Source: Chloropicon primus
Taxonomy: Eukaryota
DNA length: 64,000 nucleotides
Direction of reading: 5' to 3'
Assembly: GCA_023205875.1 (NCBI GenBank)
Contig: CP060756.1
Location: 310,001 to 374,000 of the forward strand
Shown: piece by piece, positions 11,292 to 20,234 of the stretch
Position numbering within the stretch: the first letter of the stretch is position 1
Layout of the letters: each line of letters starts with the position of its first letter
Program-made: the position numbers and the translations under genes
The notes under the pieces: generated by a model
The model's database searches: none
The model's input: only the letters and a program-made list of their open reading frames with translations
What the model was told of the DNA's origin: nothing

Positions 11292-13977
11292 CGTGAACTG
11301 TCTTCGACATGCCATTACCACGAACACCGTCAGTCGGCCTGACCACGCCTTCCGCTTTCTTGGCCTTGACGGTCACGTCGTTGCGGTTTCCTCGAGCCAA
11401 GGCGCGGAGCCTGTTGCGATCAGATTTCTTGGCCTTGATGGTCACGTCGTTGCGGTTTCCGCGAGCCATGGCGCGGAGCCTGTTGCGACCCGATTTCTTG
11501 GCCTTGACGGTCACGTCGTTGCGGTTTCCACGAGCCATGGCGCGGAGCCTGTTGCGATCCGCTTTCTTGGCCTTGACGGTCACGTCGTTGCGGTTTCCCT
11601 CGGCCTGTGCCTCAACACGATTTTCGACAGCATTCTCATAAGCTGAAGCCTTCACTGTGTTGCCCTCACCACGAGCCACGGCATCAACGTCATTTATGAA
11701 AGCACGTTTAGAAGCACTAGCAGTCACTGTATTGCCCTCACCACGAGCCACGGCACCAACATCATTCATTTCAGCAGTCTCATAAGCTTCGGCAGTCACA
11801 TTGTTGCCCTCACCACGAGCCACGGCACCAACATCATTCATGAAAGCAAAATCATAAGCTTTGGCAGTCACTGTATTGCCATCACCACGAGCCACGGCAC
11901 CAACGTCATTCATGGTAGCAGTCTCAGAAGCTTTGGCAGTCACTGTATTGCCCTCACCACGAGCCACGGCATCAACGTCATTTATGAAAGCACGTTTAGA
12001 AGCACTAGCAGTCACTGTATTGCCATCACCACGAGCCACGGCACCAACATCATTCATGAGAGCAAAATCATAAGCTTCGGCAGTCACATTGTTGCCCTCA
12101 CCACGAGCCACGGCACCAACGTCATTCATGGTAGCAGCATTAGAAGAAAAAGCCGTCACATTGTTGCCCTCACCACGAGCCACGGCACCAACGTCATTCA
12201 TGGCAGCACCAGAATCAGCAGTAGCAGTGACTTTGTTCTCATCACCGCGAGCCACGGCATCAACGTGATTCATGTTAGCAGTCTCAGAAGCTTCGGCAGT
12301 CACTGTGTTGTTATCACCATGAGCCACGGCATCAACATCATTCATGAGAGCATCAGAAAAAGCAGAAGCCATCACTGTGTTGTTCTCACCACGAGCCACG
12401 GCACCAACATCATTCATGGTAGCGGTAAACTCAGCAGTTGCAGTCACTGTATTGCCCTCACCACGAGTCACCGCATGAACATCATTTATGGTAGCAGTCT
12501 CAGAAGCTTTGGCAGTCACTGTATTGCCATCACCACGAGCCACGGCACCAACATCATTCATGGTAGCAGCATTAAAAGAAAAAGCCTGCACTTCATTGCC
12601 ATCACCACGAGCCACGGCACCAACATCATTCATGGTAGCAGCATTAGAAGAAAAAGCCGTCACTGTGTTGCCCTCACCACTTGCCACGGCACCAACATCA
12701 TTCATGGTAGCAGTCTCAGAAGCTGAAGCCATCACTGTGTTGCCAACACCACTTGCCACGGCATCAACATCATTCATGGTAGCAAAATCATCAGCTTCGG
12801 CAGTCACTGTGTTGTCCTCACCGCGAGCCGCGGCACCAACATCATTCATGGTAGCAGTCTCAGAAGCTGAAGCCATCACTGTGTTGCCCTCGCCACGAGC
12901 CACGGCATCAACATCATTCATGGTAGCAAAATCATCAGCTTCGGCAGTCACTGTGTTGTCCTCACCGCGAGCCGCGGCACCAACATCATTCATGGTAGCA
13001 TCAGAAAGAGCAGAAGCCATCACTGTGTTGCCCTCGCCACGAGCCACGGCATCAACATCATTCATGTTAGCATGAAATTCAGCAGTTGCAGTCACTGTGT
13101 TATCCTCACCGCGAGCCACGGCATCAACATCATTCATGGTAGCAAACTCAGCAGCTGCAGTCACTGTGTTGTCCTCACCGCGAGCCGCGGCACCAACATC
13201 ATTCATGGTAGCATTCCCAGAAGCTTGGGCATTCACTGTGTTGTCCTCACCATGAGCCACGGCACCAACACGATTCATGTCAGCACCAATTTCAGCAGTT
13301 GCAGTCACTGTGTTGCCATCACCACGAGCCACGGCATCAACGTCATTCATGGTAGTAGCCAAATAAGCTTCGGCAGTCACTGTGTTGTCATCATCATGAG
13401 CCACGGCACCAACGTCATTCATGGTAGCACCAGAATCAGCAAAAGTCTTAGAAGCTTGAGCAGTCACTGTATTGTCGTCACCATGAGCCACGGCATCAAT
13501 GTGATTCATGTCAGCACCAACAGAAGAAGCAGAGACGGTGTTCCCCGAGCCGACAGCCGAAGCGCGGAGGTCATTGTCGTTCCCGCCGTCAGCCGTAGCA
13601 CTTGCGGTGGACGACGAACCTTTTGCTTCGCCCGTCAACATTCCGTCACCAGAAACCTCGGTCATGACGATCTCACCCGCACCACTCGTGGAGGCGGTGC
13701 TGCTGCCTTGAGCAGCGCCATCGGTGGTCATCGCCATGACCTCTGCTTTGGTGTCTCCGGCGTCGGCCTCAGCGGAGGCCATGAACGTGCCGCTGCCGTC
13801 GACTTCCGCCTTGCTTGTTTCGCTCGCGATGCCAATACCGCTGCTCCCAACGGTGCTCGCCTTGGACCTTCCGTAGCTGTGGGGCCTCCCCCACCTCTGG
13901 CCGTCCACAGGCGTGGCGGCGGCCACCACCACCACCACGGCCAGCCAAACGCACAACCACTCGACGTTCTTTTTCAT
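11284..13977 (-). CDS. Secreted tandem-repeat (predicted beta-solenoid) protein, about 897 aa
   Basis: Signal peptide MKKNVEWLCVWLAVVVVVAAATPVDG; 26 repeats of about 24 aa (MNDV[G/D]AVARG[E/D]xNTVTAxA, 72-bp period), then about 3.5 basic 23-aa repeats (NRNDVTVKAKKxxRNRLRAMARG, 69-bp period). Confidence 0.85.
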   Translation of the reverse strand: MKKNVEWLCVWLAVVVVVAAATPVDGQRWGRPHSYGRSKASTVGSSGIGIASETSKAEVDGSGTFMASAEADAGDTKAEVMAMTTDGAAQGSSTASTSGAGEIVMTEVSGDGMLTGEAKGSSSTASATADGGNDNDLRASAVGSGNTVSASSVGADMNHIDAVAHGDDNTVTAQASKTFADSGATMNDVGAVAHDDDNTVTAEAYLATTMNDVDAVARGDGNTVTATAEIGADMNRVGAVAHGEDNTVNAQASGNATMNDVGAAARGEDNTVTAAAEFATMNDVDAVARGEDNTVTATAEFHANMNDVDAVARGEGNTVMASALSDATMNDVGAAARGEDNTVTAEADDFATMNDVDAVARGEGNTVMASASETATMNDVGAAARGEDNTVTAEADDFATMNDVDAVASGVGNTVMASASETATMNDVGAVASGEGNTVTAFSSNAATMNDVGAVARGDGNEVQAFSFNAATMNDVGAVARGDGNTVTAKASETATINDVHAVTRGEGNTVTATAEFTATMNDVGAVARGENNTVMASAFSDALMNDVDAVAHGDNNTVTAEASETANMNHVDAVARGDENKVTATADSGAAMNDVGAVARGEGNNVTAFSSNAATMNDVGAVARGEGNNVTAEAYDFALMNDVGAVARGDGNTVTASASKRAFINDVDAVARGEGNTVTAKASETATMNDVGAVARGDGNTVTAKAYDFAFMNDVGAVARGEGNNVTAEAYETAEMNDVGAVARGEGNTVTASASKRAFINDVDAVARGEGNTVKASAYENAVENRVEAQAEGNRNDVTVKAKKADRNRLRAMARGNRNDVTVKAKKSGRNRLRAMARGNRNDVTIKAKKSDRNRLRALARGNRNDVTVKAKKAEGVVRPTDGVRGNGMSKTVHVP

Positions 13978-14549
13978 TTTTTCATTTTTTTTCCAGTTGG
14001 TGTTGTTGTTGCTCGGCTCCGCAGCGGTCAACCACCGAGCGGCTTCTGCTCGCGTCGCTTCGCTCCCTCCCTCCTCTCCGTTCCGTTCCGTTTCCCTTCA
14101 CGAAGAGAAAAGCGCTTTCGACGGAGGGGTTCCCTTCCTGCGCGTCGTGTCGTTTCGTTGCGTTGTCGTGGACGCGTTCTCGTCCCCTCGTCCCCTCCCT
14201 CTCCCTCTGGTGGTCGCCTTCCTCCCCTCCTCCCCTCTCCTCTGCCCGGGCGTTAATTCTCTCGGGCCTCATCCGTTAGCCACGGAACCACAGCACTCGG
14301 GAATTCTCCTCGAACTTGGCGAACCCGAGGAGAGGAGAGGAGAGGAGAGGAGAGGCCTCGGGAGAGACGGGGACGGGGGTTGGGCAAGGAGAGAGACGAG
14401 GACGGAGGGAACCTCCTCCTGTCCTGTTGAGGAGATTCCTGCCCCGGTTTCGAAAGATCCGGCAGGAGCTGAAAGAGGGAATAACATGCATAAAAAAAGG
14501 ACAACTTTTGTGTGTACTTTTTGAACTTGAAAAGGAACAAAGGAGGAAC

Positions 14550-14628
14550 CTTGGGATGCTCGAAGCAGGACCAGTGGTCGTTGCGAAAGCCCCGAACACT
14601 TGATCCACGGTTTCTTTGAATTAAGGCA
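14550..14628. repeat. Direct repeat copy B; apparent relic 3' end of a paralog of the repeat-protein gene
   Basis: 77/79 identical to 11213-11291; adjacent minus-strand frame reads EGKEVKPAPVRGNRTGNTEAELP* versus EGVVRPTDGVRGNGMSKTVHVP* in copy A. Confidence 0.88.
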
Positions 14629-14864
14629 ACTCGGCTTCTGTGTTCCCTGTGCGATTACCACGAACAGGGGCAGGCTTGACCTCCTTGCCTTCAAGGCGGA
14701 GCAAGCAAGCAATAGGGGAACGGTGGGAGAGTTTGAAGGGGAGGAGGACGGGGGTTATGTTTGTTTCGACTAGATGATGAGGCACGTCTCAGGGATTCCA
14801 TTGCCGTCCATAAGATAGCTCTCTCGTGAGAAAGGTGAAAGTGGAGGAAGGATCAAGGTGTACA

Positions 14865-17157
14865 ATGCCCACAAAAGCTATGAAGCGTAGGAGGCCCAAG
14901 AGGTAAGTCTCGTCCTTTTCGAGAGCACGATTCTCTCAGCTCGAGCTCTGGAATGATTCGGACATTCTGACTCACTCCCGAATTCTTTCTCAAATCGTCG
15001 GCGTGCTCTAGGCTCATCTGGTTTCCTGTCCTCCTCGGATTCTGCATCTTGACCGTCATTGTGGCAAGGGGCAACTTCTTAGGGCTTCAGAAGCTGGAGT
15101 CGGAGCTGAGTCACGTTGACTCCAGGCCCGAATCTTCTGTAATTCCTGAAGCCAAGGCAGAGGAACCCAAGGCAGAGGAGGTGAAGGAGGAGCGGCCCCT
15201 CATAGGAAAGGAGTTTGAGCAGACGGTCAAGTCGCAGTTCTCGGAGGTGTTCTCGGGCTCTTCAGCCAACTCGTCCAGCCTCGACAAGTTTTCTGAAAGG
15301 CTCTTCCATAGAGAGGTCCGGAGGATGGAGACCGAGCTGAAGAACGAGATGCAGAGGGAGACCTGGAAGCTTAAGCAGAAGGATGGGAAGATCAAGAAGC
15401 TCAAGGTCCAGAGGATTTTCGAGGCAGACGAGCTGGAGTATTACAAGGAGCGCCGGTCCAAGGACGCCAAGAGGGTACTGAAAGTGTTCTCATCAAGTGC
15501 CTTCGGCTGCATGGATACCGAGGGATGCAAGAAAGCGATGGAGTTTCAGATAAAAATGGATTTGAGTTTTGACGCCGATGCTTTTGCTGTTCCGTACGAA
15601 GAGCCTTGCATCGTTCAGGAGAATGGCACAGAAGTCGCCACCATGGAGAACTGTGATCAGAGCAAGAACGCCTTTGCACCTCATGACATGTGCTCGGTGG
15701 TAGGAAACAGCGGCGTGATGAAAAGATCGAACAAGGGCGTTGTCATCAACAAGTCGAGCGCCGTGTTCAGAATCAATCAGGCTCCAACTTCCGGCCACGT
15801 AGGGGACGTCGGCATGCCATTCTCAGGGGAGAAGAGAACCTACAGGGTGTTGAACAACGCTTGGGCTCAAATTTATGCTGGAATCTTCCACAACCACCGC
15901 CACTACGAGTTCAAGAGACTCCCGTTGGAGAAAAACTGCACGCTGATGCTCACGCGAAGCCAGCCTCACACGTACCTCGCGCTCGTCGAGAACCTCAGGA
16001 AGAACGGCAGGGAGGACGTAAAGGTGTATCAGATCTCTCAGAGCATGATGCAAAGGGCCAGGGAGGTCATGATAAACTACAGAATGCTCTCGGATCGAAT
16101 CGCAGAAATGGAGCACAGGTGGAAGCAGAACCAAGTCAAGGGAGGGACTACCCCTTCCACGGGTTTCGTGGGAATATTGCTCGCCAAGCGACTGTGCTCG
16201 CAAGTAAATGTGTTCGGCTTGAGCAAAGAGGCGTCAAGGGATAAATCGAGCTCGACCTGGTCTTACCATTACTTCCAGCACTCGCACAAGAACATTGATT
16301 TGCCTGCAGCGGAGCTGCGAGCCCATCCTCACCACTCTTTCAGGCTCGAAGGGGTAATCCTAAACCATTTCCTTGAGGCCGGGGTGGTCGCGCACGAGGA
16401 GTTAGGGGTGTCCCCCGCAGGTGGCCTCCCACTCGACTGGGGGGACTTTGGATCCGGATCCAAGGAGAAGAAGTCTGATCACACCTTTGGTTGCCCCGTC
16501 GTGAGAAAGCCTGATTCAGATTGCGGTGGCGGGGGGGAGAAACAAAGGGATGATGCCGAGGCCGCCGTAAAGGAGGAGCCTGCCAAAGTCTCGGTCTCGT
16601 CGGAGAAGAGTGAAATCGGAGAGGAGCAAGTTGTCGACTCTGGTTCGTCGAAGAGGGGTTTAGCTTCAGGGGATAGCAGCGGGAGACAAAGGAGCTCCAA
16701 GAGAGCCCCGAGCTCCAGAAGGACGGAGGAGCCCAGAGGGAGCGATGGGGCAAACGCCACCACCACCGAGACAAGGCGGGGGAGGAGCAACAACGGCAAG
16801 CGGAGAGTGAGGCAATCGACTCAGGTCATCACGAAAAGAAACCACGACAGGGCGAAGGCGGCCGTGCCTCGGGGTGCCACGCAGAGCAAAGAGCTCCAGG
16901 AGCTCGAAGAGATCTTGCGGGCTCAGGAGGAGCAGAATGAGAAGGCGAAGAAGGCGAAGAAGCCAGCGCAGAATCTGAAGCACACGCCTTTGGACAAGAT
17001 CAAGGATCCTGAGGTGCGCAAGAGGGAAGAGGCTTGGCGGGCTGAGGAGGCGAAGATGAGTGGCGCACAAATCGATGCCAACTGCCTGGCCAAGGGCAGC
17101 AGCGACCCTTGCTTCCAGCGTTGGATGAAGGGCGTCACCCGGGTCGAAAAGCAATAG
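14865..17157 (+). CDS. Glycosyltransferase family 29 (sialyltransferase-like), type II membrane protein; exons 14865-14902 and 15012-17157
   Basis: Spliced N-terminus MPTKAMKRRRPKRLIWFPVLLGFCILTVIV; sialylmotif L CSVVGNSG...VFRINQAP, S PSTGFVGILLAKRLCSQVNVFG, III YHYF, VS HSFRLE. Confidence 0.88.
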
Positions 17158-17247
17158 AGCGGGGGTGGTGGATCAAAAACTTATCAGGGGGAAAACTTTA
17201 ATCCAACGCCCAAAGAAAAAAAATGCGTCACAGCTCTTGCTTCTTGC

Positions 17248-17871
17248 TCAAAACCACCTTCTCCTGGTGTTTTTAGGCGACTGCGGGTTAAACATCACCT
17301 CCAGACTTTCGCCGCTCGTTTCCAAGACCACCCCTGCCGGGATGCCGTCCAGGATGAACTGGTAGGCTTTGTCGTAGGTCTCCTCCCAGTTTCCCGTCAC
17401 CTGCTGCTTCTCAACCCCGCTTATTATGCGGCCCAGGCCCGTTGCAACCTCCATGGCAAGGAGCACACTGGGCAGCGGTTGCAGAATCGAGGCCAGGGCG
17501 TCGTGGTGTCGAAGGCCGACGCCTCTTTCCACTGCCTCTTTCTTCAGGCCTTCGTACCTCGTGAGGGCCTCCTGGGGCACCAAGGGCAGCACCGCCACGA
17601 GGTGGTGGCTGGACTCCAGGACCACCATGGGCCACACGCGCGGGCACACCTCCACCACCTGCTCGTAAAGCGGGGAGTTGCTGTTGTTGTACTCCGAGGC
17701 AGCCTTCGTCTGCTCGACGAGGGCCGAGCCAAGTTCCACGTCGTCCGGGACAGCACAAGACCACGCCGTCGCGGCGGACTGCTTCCTGTGCTTCCTCTCT
17801 GCAAGAGGAAAGCGCCGAGAGATGGGCACGTACCCGTTATCCTTGGTCACCACCCAGACCCCTCGCAACAT
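17248..17871 (-). CDS. AP5M1: AP-5 complex mu subunit-like protein, N-terminal part only (207 aa)
   Basis: MLRGVWVV...ISRRFPLAERK, VPDD, WPMVVL...VAVLPLV and FILDGIPAG recall the AP5M1 N-terminus (RAVWL..FSRRYPTVEKR..LWPVVA..ACVPLV..CPFG); no mu-homology domain follows. Confidence 0.65.
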   Translation of the reverse strand: MLRGVWVVTKDNGYVPISRRFPLAERKHRKQSAATAWSCAVPDDVELGSALVEQTKAASEYNNSNSPLYEQVVEVCPRVWPMVVLESSHHLVAVLPLVPQEALTRYEGLKKEAVERGVGLRHHDALASILQPLPSVLLAMEVATGLGRIISGVEKQQVTGNWEETYDKAYQFILDGIPAGVVLETSGESLEVMFNPQSPKNTRRRWF

Positions 17872-17942
17872 GTTTGCTTCTTCTTCTTGCTTTGCTTCTT
17901 TTCTCTCACGCTCACGCGGCGCGCCTCTCTTGTGTCTTCCTT

Positions 17943-18212
17943 TCACGCTGCGATGGCCTTCGCTCCTGCTGGCGGCACGACCGACTCCAACTTGTCCGCG
18001 CTCCTTATTCTCTCCTGAGCCTTGACCAACTCCGACTGACCGTACTCCACCATCACGACAAGGCTGCAACTCGGGCAGTACGCTATCTCTTCTCCCGCTT
18101 CGAGCTCTTCCATGGTGATTTGAAACAAGTCCCCGCAAGGACACTCGTACGTGAAAGCCTCCAACTCGAGGTCATACTTCATGTCGTTGAGGTTCACTTC
18201 CTCGTACGCCAT
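17943..18212 (-). CDS. DPH3: Diphthamide biosynthesis protein 3 (CSL zinc finger, KTI11)
   Basis: YEEVNLNDM...YECPCGDLFQIT...CPSCSL. Confidence 0.95.
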   Translation of the reverse strand: MAYEEVNLNDMKYDLELEAFTYECPCGDLFQITMEELEAGEEIAYCPSCSLVVMVEYGQSELVKAQERIRSADKLESVVPPAGAKAIAA

Positions 18213-18702
18213 GGCGCCGTCCCCTCGCCCCTCCCTCTCTCTCTTCTCCCTCGTGCGCAGGGGAACGACGAAAATGAAGCTCCGCCGCAGAAGCGGCTGC
18301 AGACTTAGACTTGGCCTTGGCCTTGGCAGAGGAGAGGAAAAGAGAGGAGTGCATGCTTTGCTTGCTTTGCATGCTTTGCATGCTTGCTTGAAGGAATGGA
18401 AGGGGCGGTTGCTTTTCTTGGTTCCGATTGGTGAACGAGGAGGAAGTCCACTAGCCTTGCCTGGTCACTCTCAGAAGGTTTGGATGGATTCATGTCTCGT
18501 CGTCCAGAGGGAGGCTGCGACGACGACGAGGTGCAAGCTGATCTGATGCTGGCTGATGATGCTGGCTTTTTGAGGGAGGAGAGGCGGGTGGTTCGGCAAC
18601 GATCAAAAATGATGGTGTTACAAATCGTGGTTGTAGGCGGCAGGCGCACCTCGCACTTTTGCGTTTGATCCGGATGCCGACGACGATCGCCGAGGCCTTG
18701 CG

Positions 18703-19371
18703 CTACTTGAGTGTCATCGTGACGTGCTTGTAGTCCAGCACCTGGATCCCCCAGAACGCCGTGACCGAGAGGAGGGCCAAGGACTGGAAAGTCATCGCCA
18801 GCACTCTGCTCCACATGCCTTTGTCCCCTTCCTCTTGGGTGACGAATCCCAGAACGAGGAAGCAGAGAGAAAGCATCATGGAAGGAAAGGCAACTGGCCA
18901 AAGAACAAGGGAATACGACAGCCTCTCGAGTTTGGTGCAGATGTGGTCGCTGGTGAGGTACATCCCGGAGATTCCCATGTACAGCAAGAGGTTCATGCTG
19001 ACGCTCGTGATCAAAAAGTTGTAGGTGCTTGGCTCGGCCTTGCCCTGCTGCACGGCCACCCAGCCCACGACCAGCGTCACTTGGAGCAGACCCATGAAGA
19101 TCATGTAAACGAATACCACCATCATGGTGAAGACGAGGTAGAACAAGGGCGTTATCGCTGACATGAGCAGAAGGTTCACGATAGACTCCTTCCCGTCGCC
19201 CTCGTGGTCGTCGTCCGAGCTGTTCCGGATGTCTTCCAGGTCTTGGAAGTCATCGCTGAGGCGGGGGTCGACCTGGTTCGGCAAGCAAATCTCGACGATA
19301 ATTTGTTCCTCCCTCGATCCCCTGCGAGACGACGTGCCCAAGGGGCTAGGTATGACAGGCATTGCCGCCAT
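18703..19371 (-). CDS. Uncharacterised multi-pass membrane protein
   Basis: 222-aa ATG ORF with typical codon usage and about 4 long hydrophobic segments. Confidence 0.6.
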   Translation of the reverse strand: MAAMPVIPSPLGTSSRRGSREEQIIVEICLPNQVDPRLSDDFQDLEDIRNSSDDDHEGDGKESIVNLLLMSAITPLFYLVFTMMVVFVYMIFMGLLQVTLVVGWVAVQQGKAEPSTYNFLITSVSMNLLLYMGISGMYLTSDHICTKLERLSYSLVLWPVAFPSMMLSLCFLVLGFVTQEEGDKGMWSRVLAMTFQSLALLSVTAFWGIQVLDYKHVTMTLK

Positions 19372-19617
19372 CCTTTCCCGTCTCCGGTCTCACCGCGAGT
19401 CCCCCTCGGTCCCACGACGTCTCCAGAGCTCTAGCAGGGAGACCTAGTGACGCACCGGCGTATCCACGTGTTCATACTCTTTCTCGTGTTCGCTTTCTGA
19501 CATACCATGCCTTCCGAGCCGTCCTCCTCAAGGTTCGTTACGCATCCTCCTCACCCTATTGTGTGTATGGTGCCCAAGCCCTCCAAAATCAACCTTCCAA
19601 CCAAACACACCTTCGGC

Positions 19618-20003
19618 CTCCTTTCCCCTCCACGGCGGTCTCTTTGGCCTTCAACTTTGGCTTGGCCTTTGGCTTCAGATATCGTACCCTGACCTTTGCC
19701 TTACGTTGTGCCCTTGCCCCTCTCCCCTTGCCCTTCCTCTGCCCCTCTTGCCTCCTTCCCCTTGGCCTCCTGGCACCTTTGATCTCCTTTCCCCTCCACG
19801 GCGGTCTCTTTGGCCTTCAACTTTGGCTTGGCCTTTGGCTTCAGATATCGTACCCTGACCTTTGCCTTACGTTGTGCCCTTGCCCCTCTCCCCTTGCCCT
19901 TCCTCTGCCCCTCTTGCCTCCTTCCCCTTGGCCTCCTGGCACCTTTGATCTCCTTTCCCCTCCACGGCGGTCTCTTTGGCCTTCAACTTTGGCTTGGCCT
20001 TTG
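19618..20003. repeat. Tandem repeat with 166-bp unit, about 2.3 copies
   Basis: Units start at 19618, 19784 and 19950 (CTCCTTTCCCCTCCACGGCGG...); copies appear identical; pyrimidine-rich + strand. Confidence 0.93.
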
Positions 20004-20234
20004 CAGGGAGGAGCCTATTGCGTTCTTTGGCGGAGGAGACGCGTCGCAAGAGGAGGAAGGGGGGAGAGTGAGGGAAACAGGCGAAAGCGTCGTCTCGTGC
20101 TGTTTCGAACGAGGTGTCGCTCGAAGGAAACGACCCGGTGGTGAGGATTTGAGGACGCGGAGAGAGGTTGAGAGGGGGGAGGAGCAAGTTGGCCTGCCCA
20201 ACACTGCTCACGGGAGAGAGAGGGTGTTGGCAGC

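Noticed and set aside
12265..14256. Repetitive + strand ORFs (SHGTNIIHGSS..., TVLPSPRATAPTSF...)
   Set aside because: Reverse-frame readouts of the 72-bp repeat; fragmented by stops and lacking a signal peptide.
11213..14628. LTR retroelement bounded by the direct repeats
   Set aside because: Repeats are short and lack TG..CA ends; no evident PBS/PPT or gag/pol motifs; a tandem-duplication relic fits better.
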